DNA of 64,000 bases from Bdellovibrionaceae bacterium UBA6502 (lineage in GTDB: Bacteria; Bdellovibrionota; Bdellovibrionia; Bdellovibrionales; UBA840), in the NCBI GenBank assembly GCA_002436415.1, contig DJMA01000012.1:90345-154344 (forward strand). Reading direction: 5' to 3'. Positions 53,577-64,000 of the stretch are shown piece after piece. Each line of letters opens with the position of its first letter. Position 1 is the stretch's first letter. The notes beneath the pieces are model-generated. The model had not been told where the DNA came from, searched no databases, and saw only the letters and a list, made by a program, of their open reading frames with translations. Position numbers and translations under genes: made by a program.

Positions 53577-53711
53577 CTAAGGAACTACTACCAAAAAATA
53601 TTCCAGGATTAATACATTGTGGCATCCTAAAAAAAATCCCCGCTCTTGTCATCCTATGTTTTAGCGCTTTTGCTCAGCTTTTAGTCACTTCAGGCCTCTC
53701 CCCCCTATTCC

Positions 53712-55083
<1,372 letters not shown>

Positions 55084-55145
55084 TAAATGCCAAACTTTTA
55101 AAATAAAGACATTTTAAAAAAAATAATCCATGCCTTAAAATAAAA

Positions 55146-55682
55146 CTAAGCCTTCATTAAGGCCTGCATAGAAGACCAGGTTCTCTTTTTATCGTTGGGA
55201 TTTTTTAAAAGATGTTCTGCCGAAAAACTACAAACCATTTTTTGCTGAAAAAATACATTTAGATCATGAGAGACGAGATCTTTGGTGTTTTTTTCCAATA
55301 AGCCTTTGGCTTTTTCACCTAAACATAAAATCTTTTTGTAAGTTGATATTTCAGAACGAAAATCATGAGTACTTAAGTCTCCCGAAGGAACCAAGGTCAA
55401 ATTAAGAAGCTTCTCAGGAACACCAAGCGCACCAAGCATCTTTTCTAAAAGATCAATCTCAGCCCCAGAGACCTGAACACCTTCAATATCAGCCAGAACC
55501 AGCCAACTAGCATCGTTAAACCTTTTATAGGCAATCAACTCATGGGGCTTGTTTTCAAGGGCATCAGGAGCCTCTTGCAGCTCCTCTGCAAATACCGGCT
55601 CGCTCGCAAAATGCGCTCGATTCACTCCCAATACTTGGCTTAGATAATAGTGATGCTCTTTGGCCATTTCGATGTTTTTCAT
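55146..55682 (-). CDS. hypothetical protein (possibly a degenerate uracil-DNA-glycosylase-superfamily fold)
   Basis: GAEIDLLEKMLGALGV and the C-terminal SAEHLLKNPNDKKRTW recall UDG family 4 blocks, but GEAPG and HPS are absent. Confidence 0.4.
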   Translation of the reverse strand: MKNIEMAKEHHYYLSQVLGVNRAHFASEPVFAEELQEAPDALENKPHELIAYKRFNDASWLVLADIEGVQVSGAEIDLLEKMLGALGVPEKLLNLTLVPSGDLSTHDFRSEISTYKKILCLGEKAKGLLEKNTKDLVSHDLNVFFQQKMVCSFSAEHLLKNPNDKKRTWSSMQALMKA

Positions 55683-55861
55683 AGATTTTAAGTATCATAG
55701 GCCTAGACCTTTGACAAAGCTTAAGCCTGCAAAAAATTGACATAGCCAAATCGGAAAAATCTTCCCCGGTCATGGGGTGAGGAGAAGGCTAAAAACAGGC
55801 TTCTGGATCATAATTTTAGCAATTTCCAGTCAGAATAAATCTATACCACGGAGGGAATTGA

Positions 55862-56068
55862 ATGCAATTTGACTGGGACCTTGAAGATTTATTAAAAGAC
55901 ATGGACTACCGCGAAATGGAGCTAGACTCTATGAACAAATGCAGCTACTGCGGGTCAGATCTTCACCATAAACACAAAGTGAACGTAAAAAAGAACCAAG
56001 TTATGGAAGTGTCCTACTGCGCCGAATGTGGTGTTAGTGGTAAGAAAAAAGAATTCCATCTTCAATAA
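55862..56068 (+). CDS. small zinc-ribbon protein
   Basis: CSYCG ... CAECG. GGAGGGAA RBS. Confidence 0.5.
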   Translation: MQFDWDLEDLLKDMDYREMELDSMNKCSYCGSDLHHKHKVNVKKNQVMEVSYCAECGVSGKKKEFHLQ

Positions 56069-56085
56069 TCTATTTAGCTACGAAT

Positions 56086-56120
56086 AAAAAAACTCTAGTT
56101 TTGAAAAACTAGAGTTTTTT
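56086..56120. terminator. bidirectional rho-independent terminator
   Basis: AAAAAACTCTAGTTT-loop-AAACTAGAGTTTTTT between convergent genes. Confidence 0.85.
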
Positions 56121-56152
56121 ATTTCTTAAAGAATAGTCTAAAGCAAAAACTT

Positions 56153-56479
56153 TTACATTTGAGTCAGGAAATACAAAAGCCCTAGCCCACTTGCAAGGCT
56201 GACCAACATATTTCTCCAAAAAAAACACAAAACACTGGCAAACACCAATGCCACAAACCTCTCTTTTCCAGCTAGGAAAGCGACCTCTCCTTTATGAAAA
56301 AACACCATCGGAGTAATCATTGCCGGCAAAACGGCCGCTGGGATATAGCTTAAGATTTTTTTAAATTTATCGTTGAGGCTAATTTTCTTTGAAAAACCAA
56401 CGAAAGAAAATCGAATGCTGTAGGTTCCAATGGCTAATAAAATCACGCAGGTGTAAAAATACTGATCATTCATTTTCAA
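56153..56479 (-). CDS. azlD: branched-chain amino acid transport protein AzlD
   Basis: 108-aa hydrophobic protein immediately downstream of, and overlapping, azlC. Confidence 0.75.
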   Translation of the reverse strand: MKMNDQYFYTCVILLAIGTYSIRFSFVGFSKKISLNDKFKKILSYIPAAVLPAMITPMVFFHKGEVAFLAGKERFVALVFASVLCFFWRNMLVSLASGLGLLYFLTQM

Positions 56480-57152
56480 GCCCCTTCTTCATTACAAATA
56501 CCACCGCCAAAGCCAATGCGATAAAAGCACTAAAAAGTAAACCTAAGCTATAAGGTAAGCCATGAAGTAAAACAGAGAAAAAAGCACTACAAAGACCCAC
56601 TAGATAGTAAGACCTTGATTTCATACTAGGTAAAACCAAAGCCACAAAACTCAATGGTATGGCAAAGTCTAAGTTCAAACTCGCCGGAGCAAAATTTCCA
56701 AAAACATAACCTAGTACCACCACAATCTGCCAACAAGCGGCCATGGCAAAAGCAGCTCCGGCGTAGAATCCCAAGCTAACTTCCGTCGACTTTAATTTAG
56801 ATTCATTGGCCATCAATACGGCATAGGCCTGATCGGTTATGCCATAGGCCGCCAGCATTCTTTTGAAGAAACTAGCTTTTTTTAATAGAGGAGAAATTCC
56901 TGCGCTGTAAAGTAACATACGAAGGTTGATTACCACCCCACTTAAAACCACCACTACAATCGCTGCTTTTTGCGACATTAACTCCAGAGCCACAAATTGA
57001 GAGGCCCCAGCAAAAACTAATAGATTAAAGCTTAAAAGTTCTACTAGACTCAAATTTTGGGTAGAACAAGCGGCCCCCATTACTAAACCAAATGGAATCA
57101 CGCCTAACAAAATGGGACACATGGCAATCATGCCGCGTACAAATGGATGCAT
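56466..57152 (-). CDS. azlC: AzlC-family branched-chain amino acid permease subunit
   Basis: GVIPFGLVMGAA and FAGASQFVALEL blocks. Confidence 0.85.
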   Translation of the reverse strand: MHPFVRGMIAMCPILLGVIPFGLVMGAACSTQNLSLVELLSFNLLVFAGASQFVALELMSQKAAIVVVVLSGVVINLRMLLYSAGISPLLKKASFFKRMLAAYGITDQAYAVLMANESKLKSTEVSLGFYAGAAFAMAACWQIVVVLGYVFGNFAPASLNLDFAIPLSFVALVLPSMKSRSYYLVGLCSAFFSVLLHGLPYSLGLLFSAFIALALAVVFVMKKGLENE

Positions 57153-57301
57153 GAGAACAACTTGCGGGATTTTAGTCCTTTTGGGTACAAATATGTTGGT
57201 TTTTAAAATATTTGCCTGAATTCATTTGCAAATTGCTAGCGAAAAACTTTAGTCCGAAGATTCTATTTTTAAGGAAAAAGCTTTCTTCTTTTTGAAGCCT
57301 T

Positions 57302-57456
57302 AAAACTGGCCTACTTAATTGCGGATGGATTTATGCTAAGTTCGTAAAATCACTATTTGTATAGCTTGCACATTTAAACGTAATTCGGACGTTTTTAAAT
57401 AAACTAATTATTTCTTGGGATTATGTATTTCTATCCGCAATTAAGGGGGCCAGTTT
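57302..57456 (-). repeat. TIR hairpin element, copy 3 (inverted orientation)
   Basis: Arms AAAACTGGCCTACTTAATTGCGGAT (57302-57326) and ATCCGCAATTAAGGGGGCCAGTTT (57433-57456). The interior is 106 nt and aligns to copies 1 and 2 only as its reverse complement. Confidence 0.8.
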
Positions 57457-57719
57457 ATGAAACCTCTGATTAACTCAAAAATACCTAATCCAAATGCCCA
57501 AAAGGCTGAAACCCATCCATAAACATTAGATCAATACAAAAAAGACATTAACAAAGGAGAATAGCTTGGGTGCAAACTGATATGTTAAGTAACTACACAG
57601 TCTTAGCAATTTTATAGGCCTGCCAAAATTGTCCTACAACTAAAGCCAATTGTGTTAAAATCCGCATTGGCTTTGGGATCAATCCTAAGCTTTGGGACCT
57701 ATAAGGAGTACGGGAGAAT

Positions 57720-58133
57720 ATGAAAGCATCTAAAATAATTTTTCTTTTTTTCTTTATCGCATTTGGACAAACTTCTTTTGCCAGTGATCCTTGTGAAAAT
57801 CTAAACCGCTTTGTGACTTCTTTTAATGAAAACTCTGGCTTAAAATTAGAAATTCTTTGTGAAAACCAAGCCGAGTCTCATTTATTTGGGACCACTTGGG
57901 ATTTGGTAATTCACAAATCAAGTATCAATGGAATTGAGGCTTGTAACTCAGAAACTAAAGCCATCAAATTGAAAGAGTCGGTGATTAGCTTTTACCCTAA
58001 CTATGTTTTAAGACTTTTTCAGCACCTGAACAGCAAGCTTGAAGTACCCATTACAGGCACTATTAAGGACAGAGATAAAGTTGGCGCAAAGGCTTTTTAT
58101 AATTTTAAAATTCCAAAATGTTTCTTAGACTAG
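57720..58133 (+). CDS. small secreted hypothetical protein
   Basis: Signal peptide IIFLFFFIAFGQTSFA. AAGGAG RBS. Confidence 0.55.
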   Translation: MKASKIIFLFFFIAFGQTSFASDPCENLNRFVTSFNENSGLKLEILCENQAESHLFGTTWDLVIHKSSINGIEACNSETKAIKLKESVISFYPNYVLRLFQHLNSKLEVPITGTIKDRDKVGAKAFYNFKIPKCFLD

Positions 58134-58140
58134 AGAAGCT

Positions 58141-60018
58141 TTAGCATTGATAACGAATGATTTCGGCCAAAAATTCTTGGCCAAACTTTTCATACTTAGA
58201 CTCACCCACTCCATGAACTAATAGCATCGTAGATTTATCCTGCGGTAGTAAGTTACACATATCATGTAAGCTCTTATCGGCAAAAACCATATAGGGAGGA
58301 ATCCCTTTATCTTCGGCGATCTTTTTTCGAATCGAACGTAGGTTTTCGAAAAGTTCCTCGTTTCCATGTTCGGTGCTAATATCGGCCCCGGTTTTTGTTT
58401 TAGAAGACTTAGAAGTGATCGACTTATTTCTCATTTTACGAAGGTCTAAAGTCAGCTCCCCTCGAAAAACCTGTCTCGCCTCTTCAGTCAGAGCCAAGGT
58501 GCGATATTCATAGTTTTTTATAAAGAGAAAATTTTGGTTTAAAAGCTGACGTAAAATGCTATTCCATTCTTGCTTAGATTTATCGGCACCGATGCCGTAA
58601 ACGCTTAACTCATTTTGTTTCAGGCTCATAATTTTTGCGGACTTGGAACCTCTCAATACATCGATGATATGGCCAGAACCATACATCTGTCCCGTTCGAT
58701 AAACCGCTGACAATAATTTTTGAGCGTCTACCGTACCATCATAAGTTTCTACTGGATTAAGGCATGTGTCGCAATTTCCGCAGTCTTCCTCTAAGCTTTC
58801 TCCAAAATAAGAAAGCAAATACTTTCGACGACAAATGCTCGTTTCACAAAGAGCAAGCATGGAATCTAGCTTATTTCGAGTGATTTGTTTATAGCGCTCT
58901 TCTGCATCAGTAAGTTCCAGCATTTTATTGTGCTTAACTACATCTTGAAAACCATAAATCATCCAAGCATTGGCTTTCTCACCATCACGCCCGGCACGCC
59001 CCGTTTCCTGGTAATAACCTTCAATGCTTTTCGGTAAATCCAAATGCGCCACAAAGCGTACATCTGGTCGGTCAATCCCCATACCAAAAGCAATGGTTGC
59101 TACAACGATGATTCCGTCTTGGCTCTTAAATTTCTTTTGAACTTTAGAGCGCTGACTTGTCGTCATACCAGCATGGTAAGGATGTGCATTAAAACCTAGT
59201 GACTTTAATTTTTCAGCAACCCTCTCCACCTTGTTTCTCGAAAGACAATAGACAATGCCTGTATCATCTGGATGACTATTTTCGATAAACTTTTGCAGCT
59301 GAGAAATCTCATCAATTCTCTCTTCGATCATATATTTAATGTTTTCTCGATCAAAACCAGAAATAAATGTTTGTGGATCTTTCAACTCTAGTTGCTTGCA
59401 GATGTCTTTTCTCGTTTGCTCATCGGCAGTGGCCGTCAAAGCGAGAAAAGGTATTTCAGGAAAGTAAGTGCGAAGCTCATTTAAACGAGTGTAATCAAAA
59501 CGAAACTCATGCCCCCATTGGGATACACAGTGAGCTTCGTCAATGGCAATTAATCCTACATTTAACTTTCGTAAAAACACAAGAGTGTAGGCATTCAAAA
59601 TTCCCTCAGGAGCCATGAATAAAACTTTTATCTCACCAGACTTTAAACGCTCTTCCACATTTTTACGTTCTTCTTGATCGAGACTAGAGTTTATAAAGGC
59701 TGAGGTAATTCCTAAATTTTCGAGATTGGCAACCTGGTCTTCCATCAAAGAAATCAAAGGAGAAATCACAACCGCCAACTTACCCATGACCATCGCAGGA
59801 AGTTGATAACACAAGCTCTTTCCTCCGCCGGTAGGCATAACACCAAGAGTATCCTTGCCCGATAAAACAGAGTGAATAATGTTCTCTTGTTGAAGCCTAA
59901 GGCTTTCAAATCCAAAAGTTGACTTTAATGTGCTTAATATTTGATCAGAATAATTCATTGCCAATTTCAATGTCATACATCCCCAATCTTCAAGCAATGA
60001 AAAAGAGCTTTCTATCAA
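58141..60018 (-). CDS. recQ: ATP-dependent DNA helicase RecQ
   Basis: MPTGGGKS, DEAHCVSQWGHEFR, a zinc-binding CRRK...CGNCDTC and a C-terminal HRDC domain. The likely start is the ATG at 59958. Confidence 0.93.
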   Translation of the reverse strand: MIESSFSLLEDWGCMTLKLAMNYSDQILSTLKSTFGFESLRLQQENIIHSVLSGKDTLGVMPTGGGKSLCYQLPAMVMGKLAVVISPLISLMEDQVANLENLGITSAFINSSLDQEERKNVEERLKSGEIKVLFMAPEGILNAYTLVFLRKLNVGLIAIDEAHCVSQWGHEFRFDYTRLNELRTYFPEIPFLALTATADEQTRKDICKQLELKDPQTFISGFDRENIKYMIEERIDEISQLQKFIENSHPDDTGIVYCLSRNKVERVAEKLKSLGFNAHPYHAGMTTSQRSKVQKKFKSQDGIIVVATIAFGMGIDRPDVRFVAHLDLPKSIEGYYQETGRAGRDGEKANAWMIYGFQDVVKHNKMLELTDAEERYKQITRNKLDSMLALCETSICRRKYLLSYFGESLEEDCGNCDTCLNPVETYDGTVDAQKLLSAVYRTGQMYGSGHIIDVLRGSKSAKIMSLKQNELSVYGIGADKSKQEWNSILRQLLNQNFLFIKNYEYRTLALTEEARQVFRGELTLDLRKMRNKSITSKSSKTKTGADISTEHGNEELFENLRSIRKKIAEDKGIPPYMVFADKSLHDMCNLLPQDKSTMLLVHGVGESKYEKFGQEFLAEIIRYQC

Positions 60019-60053
60019 AGAAAGTTAAAAAAGAGTCCTAAGGCTTAGGCATT

Positions 60054-61931
60054 TTGATCTTTCTTCCGAATTTCGTGCGAGACTTTCGTAAATATGTTAA
60101 AAGCTCCTTCATGGGACTTCTAATTTCTACTAAAAATTTGCGTAAAAATGTCGGCGACCGAGACTTATTTGAAAACCTCAGCATTGGTATCGAAGATGGT
60201 CAAAAAATCGCTCTAATAGGTCCCAATGGCTCCGGAAAATCTAGTTTACTTCGACTACTCGCCTTACAGGATCAACCTGATGAAGGAGACGTAGTACATC
60301 AGAAGTCTCTACAGTTTGCCTTTGTGGAGCAACAAGAAAATTTCCCAGAAAACATGAGCCTCTTAAACTTTTTAGTTTCAGAACTAAAAAGAACTCACAA
60401 TTTCGATGAAATGAGAGCACAAATCAATGCCGCAACTCAATTGAGTATTTGCGGATTTGAAAAACCAGAACAAGAAATCAAAGAACTCAGTGGTGGCTGG
60501 AGAAAACGATTGGCAATCGCCTTGGCTCTTGCCAGTGAACCTGAACTTTTAATTTTAGATGAGCCAACCAACCACATGGATTGGGATGGCATATTGTGGC
60601 TGGAAGACCTATTGCTACAATTCAAAGGTGCCTTTATTCTCGTTAGTCATGATAGGAACGTTTTAGAAAAGTGTACGAATCGTATCATTGAAATCAATCC
60701 CGTCTATCAAAACGCTTATCTGGCTTTTGATTGTAAGTACGAGGAATTTGAAGACAAAAAAGAAGAATACATTCAGGGACAAATTTCTTTACAAGAAAGC
60801 TTATCCAACAAAGCCAGACGAGAACTGGATTGGCTTCGAGCTGGAGTTAAAGCAAGAACTACCAAAAGTAGAAGTAGAATCAATGAGGCCCATCAACTTT
60901 TTGATAAATTAAATCAAGTAAAGCAAAGAAACTTAAGTGGCCAAAAATCATCTCGCATAGAAATTGAAAGCACAGGTCGTAAAACCAAAAAAATGCTTTG
61001 GTGTGAAGACTTAGTGGTTGGCTATGAAGACAAAAAATTAATCGACGGCCTAAGCTTAGAGTTGGGCGCAAATACTTGCATGGCACTTGTTGGTAATAAC
61101 GGAAGCGGTAAAACTAGCTTTCTAAAATGCCTTTCTGGTCAAAGCCAAGCAATGGCTGGTGAAATCCATTGGGCCGAAAATTTACAGATTGTATATTTCG
61201 ACCAAAAAAGAGAGAGCATTGATCTTGAAAAAAACATTGTCGAGTTTTTAGGAGATGGATCTGATTACGTAGTTTTTAAAGATAAATCTATCCATGTTGC
61301 TTCTTATGCAAGTCGTTTCCTTTTTCCTAATGAAAAACTACATACAAAAATCAAAAAAATGTCAGGTGGAGAAAAGGCACGTCTTATTTTAGCAAAAATG
61401 CTCTTGCGACCGGCTGACATTTTAATTCTGGATGAGCCTACGAATGATTTAGACATCGATACCATCAGCCTTCTAGAAGATATCTTATTGGAGTTTCCGG
61501 GCCTTGTAATATTAGTATCGCATGACCGTAGTTTTTTAGATAAACTCTCACACCGAACTCTTGCTTTAAATGGAGATGGAAGTTTTGCCATCTACGCCGA
61601 TGTGGCTCAATGGTTGAAGGACCGTAAAAAAGCAGAGAAAAACAATGTCGAAGCAGTTTTTAAAGAGAAGAAAAACAAACCTAAAAATAAAAAAATCAAA
61701 CTTAGCTTTAAAGAAAAACATTTTTTAGAAGGTGTCGAAGAGCTGATCCTAGAAAAAGAATCTGTCTTAGAAGAATGTAAAGCAAAGTTAGAAGATCCAG
61801 AGATCACGAAGGATCACGAAAAGATCAATGCCGTGATGCTTGAAATGGCTGATTTGCAAAAAGACTTAGACGAAACTTATGCCTACTGGGATGAGATTGA
61901 GGCCAAAGTAAAACAGATGGAAGAATCTTAA
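60054..61931 (+). CDS. ABC-F family ATPase (Uup/EttA-like)
   Basis: Two ABC cassettes (GPNGSGKSS/LSGGWRKR and GNNGSGKTS/MSGGEKAR) and no TM domain. The likely start is the ATG at 60111. Confidence 0.9.
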   Translation: MIFLPNFVRDFRKYVKSSFMGLLISTKNLRKNVGDRDLFENLSIGIEDGQKIALIGPNGSGKSSLLRLLALQDQPDEGDVVHQKSLQFAFVEQQENFPENMSLLNFLVSELKRTHNFDEMRAQINAATQLSICGFEKPEQEIKELSGGWRKRLAIALALASEPELLILDEPTNHMDWDGILWLEDLLLQFKGAFILVSHDRNVLEKCTNRIIEINPVYQNAYLAFDCKYEEFEDKKEEYIQGQISLQESLSNKARRELDWLRAGVKARTTKSRSRINEAHQLFDKLNQVKQRNLSGQKSSRIEIESTGRKTKKMLWCEDLVVGYEDKKLIDGLSLELGANTCMALVGNNGSGKTSFLKCLSGQSQAMAGEIHWAENLQIVYFDQKRESIDLEKNIVEFLGDGSDYVVFKDKSIHVASYASRFLFPNEKLHTKIKKMSGGEKARLILAKMLLRPADILILDEPTNDLDIDTISLLEDILLEFPGLVILVSHDRSFLDKLSHRTLALNGDGSFAIYADVAQWLKDRKKAEKNNVEAVFKEKKNKPKNKKIKLSFKEKHFLEGVEELILEKESVLEECKAKLEDPEITKDHEKINAVMLEMADLQKDLDETYAYWDEIEAKVKQMEES

Positions 61932-61994
61932 GGCCACCCGCCTCATTAAATATGCCTTTTTCCAGTGACCCTTAGTGTTTGCTAAAAAATGCTC

Positions 61995-63266
61995 TTAATT
62001 TGCAAACGCCATAATAAGGTCATTTACATTGGACGGAAACCAAACATTTCCTAAGTGCCCACCTAATGGATATAGCTTTAAACGCTCTTCAGGCATTAAA
62101 TCTTTTAACAACTGAACACTAGCATTGCTAACGATGATGTCGTCTTCATTGTGGAAAATTTTGATCTTTTCCGTTTTTTTAAGATAGTCCAACTTACCGA
62201 TCAAACCCATCGTATCAATCAACTCTTCTCTAGATTTTTCCACACCAATTGGACCATTTACTAAATCAGGGAATAAAATCTCATCAAAATATCGGATGAA
62301 TGTAAAGTCTTTGGCAGCAGTTAAACTAGCTTGAGGGCTTAAAGTGTCGTAGTAAATTGGAATTACCCGCCAATCCCTTACCTGTTCTGAAACTAAAATC
62401 ATAGCAGCTAAAGTATCTAAAAAAGATCTACCAATTAGCGCCTTGTACTCATAATTTTCAAAAGGAAGGCTTTGGATTAGATCAATAATTTCCTCGTCGC
62501 TAGGAGCTTTTTTAGAAAACTTTTGGCCAAGATTCATAATCAATCTCCACACTTTTGATTCCATATAATGTCTTCGCTCTGGTGACATATTTTTATAGAG
62601 AGGAAACAACTGATCTAAATTGGAAGCTGACTCATAAAGATCAATCGGTGGGTTCACCGCAACTACTTTCTCAAAGTTAATGCCTTTTTGCTTTTCATCG
62701 TACTCGGAGATATAAACTGCCTGTAAGCCTCCCATGCTGTAACCAAGCAAATAGTTTTTACTACTCTTAAAACCAGAAAGATTTTTTCTATATCTGTAGA
62801 CACGTTTTAAAAAATGATAAAAATCTACTTGATCTCTTTCCATAAAACCTGGTGTCGCCGAATTCAAATGGGACATACTAAATTTCCATAGGTATGGACT
62901 CGGGATGGTCACACTGTTAAAACCAGCTTTATAAAGAGTCTTTTGATAAAATTTAGCAAGGCCCGTGACAGCACTGCCTCCTAGTCCCGCTAGAATAAAA
63001 ACAAGTGGTCTATCTTCATTTTCATGAAAGGCATATTCAATACTTGTGTAGTCTCTGTGCTCTAAATATTTTAAATTACTTCGGCCAGGAATTTGCGAGT
63101 GAAATTTCACAGAAACAATGTTCATACCTTCAGAAGAAAGCATCGCGTCTGCAGCGCTACTGATAAAAGTGGCTTTAAACGGGTCTAAAACCGGAAAATT
63201 ATATTCGACCGCTAGGCTAAAACTAGAATAAATGCTTATACAAAAAGTGAGCAAAAAGGCTCTCAT
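61995..63266 (-). CDS. secreted alpha/beta hydrolase
   Basis: Signal peptide. Nucleophile elbow GYSMGG. Confidence 0.7.
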   Translation of the reverse strand: MRAFLLTFCISIYSSFSLAVEYNFPVLDPFKATFISSAADAMLSSEGMNIVSVKFHSQIPGRSNLKYLEHRDYTSIEYAFHENEDRPLVFILAGLGGSAVTGLAKFYQKTLYKAGFNSVTIPSPYLWKFSMSHLNSATPGFMERDQVDFYHFLKRVYRYRKNLSGFKSSKNYLLGYSMGGLQAVYISEYDEKQKGINFEKVVAVNPPIDLYESASNLDQLFPLYKNMSPERRHYMESKVWRLIMNLGQKFSKKAPSDEEIIDLIQSLPFENYEYKALIGRSFLDTLAAMILVSEQVRDWRVIPIYYDTLSPQASLTAAKDFTFIRYFDEILFPDLVNGPIGVEKSREELIDTMGLIGKLDYLKKTEKIKIFHNEDDIIVSNASVQLLKDLMPEERLKLYPLGGHLGNVWFPSNVNDLIMAFAN

Positions 63267-63511
63267 CGCGCTCCCCCCAGAGTTTGATTAGAGCTGAAAG
63301 CTATCGTAAATTTGCGTGCAAATCAAAGATAAGCATTTAATTTCAATGCTTTGTTTAATTTAATTGCTCAATTAATTGGAAAACAAACAAAGTTTTCTTT
63401 CTTGTGCTTAAATCACCGACTAGCTTGTTGCATCATAACCTCTTTTAATTGCCTATGAATTTTTTTCAATACTATAGTGAAAACTCCAAATAAATAACTT
63501 TAGGGGGAAAT

Positions 63512-63973
63512 ATGAGAATTCTTACTTTTATTATCGCTCTCGTTTCATTGAATGTTTACGCAGCTGAATACGAGCGCAAAGAAGCCAACTTCACGATCCG
63601 CGATCGCGTTGGTTTTGATATTGTTTACTACAACTGTGATTCAGTAGAGTCTACGGTGGAAAACATCCTAGAAGAAATGGGCGCAAAAGAAATTCGTGTT
63701 CGTTGCACTGGCGGTTTAGACAGAAATGGTTTCATCCACCTACCTGCCAGAGTTAGTGCAGACTTTGAAGCTATCAATGCTGAGCTCGATGGAAAAATCA
63801 GTGTACAGGTTGATGAAATTCAATTTCGAAACCACAAAAACTGCCACCTATACAACAATATTGTTAAAGCAGTTCAAGACAAATTTGAAATTGCCCATAT
63901 CGATATGCGCAGATGCCACCGTATTGGTGGTGCTACTCGCATCAGTATGAGTGTTTTAAAAGAAGCAAATTAA
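63512..63973 (+). CDS. small secreted hypothetical protein
   Basis: Signal peptide LTFIIALVSLNVYA. GGGGGAAAT RBS. Confidence 0.55.
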   Translation: MRILTFIIALVSLNVYAAEYERKEANFTIRDRVGFDIVYYNCDSVESTVENILEEMGAKEIRVRCTGGLDRNGFIHLPARVSADFEAINAELDGKISVQVDEIQFRNHKNCHLYNNIVKAVQDKFEIAHIDMRRCHRIGGATRISMSVLKEAN

Positions 63974-64000
63974 GCTTTTAAAAAAACTACTTCTAGTAAA

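Overview
This is a 64-kb, AT-rich bacterial chromosomal segment (roughly 38-40% GC judged by eye, not computed). It is densely coding, with about 56 protein genes, and uses the standard genetic code. I found no rRNA, tRNA, tmRNA, RNase P or SRP RNA, no CRISPR array, and no transposase, integrase or phage genes.

**Cell type and lineage.** Diderm hallmarks are present: lnt, an Slt70-type lytic transglycosylase, SpoIID/LytB, and many lipobox or signal-peptide proteins. Many of the remaining genes encode secreted or lipoprotein hydrolases and adhesin-like proteins:
- S8 subtilisin
- S1 trypsin-like protease
- M10 matrixin-like protease
- M14-like carboxypeptidase
- a HEXXH protein
- two or three alpha/beta hydrolases
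- an FN3 lipoprotein
- a 1085-aa VWA plus Cys-rich protein

Together with the low GC and a TIGR02147-like regulator, this suggests a Bdellovibrionota/Oligoflexia-type predatory bacterium. That lineage call is inference only.

**Recognisable core genes.** NtrC-family sigma-54 activator, plsC-type acyltransferase, thrE-family exporter, rmuC, a GT2 glycosyltransferase, GAF/fRMsr, lnt, mutS2, an OmpR-type response regulator, hslO (Hsp33), an FAH-family hydrolase, putA, a rhomboid protease, bioY, azlCD, recQ and an ABC-F ATPase.

**Most interesting signals (mostly non-coding).**
1. A three-copy family of ~155-170 bp elements with 21-25 bp terminal inverted repeats and length-conserved interiors. 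All three sit in divergent promoter regions.
2. Four perfect and one or more variant sigma-54 promoters (TGGCAC-N5-TTGC), all correctly placed.
   - Two flank an activator whose receiver domain lacks the phospho-acceptor Asp.
   - One drives a bicistron that includes an unannotated 59-aa hyper-acidic secreted peptide.
   - One drives no ORF at all: a candidate ~260-nt sRNA that ends at a terminator.
3. A GC-rich element closed by a perfect 22-bp inverted repeat.
4. A compound microsatellite, (GTAA)11 followed by (GTTAGATA)~9.
5. A recurring C-rich box, CTCCCCC(C)TAT.

**Limits.** All coordinates were indexed by hand and may be off by 1-2 nt. No database search or folding computation was possible.
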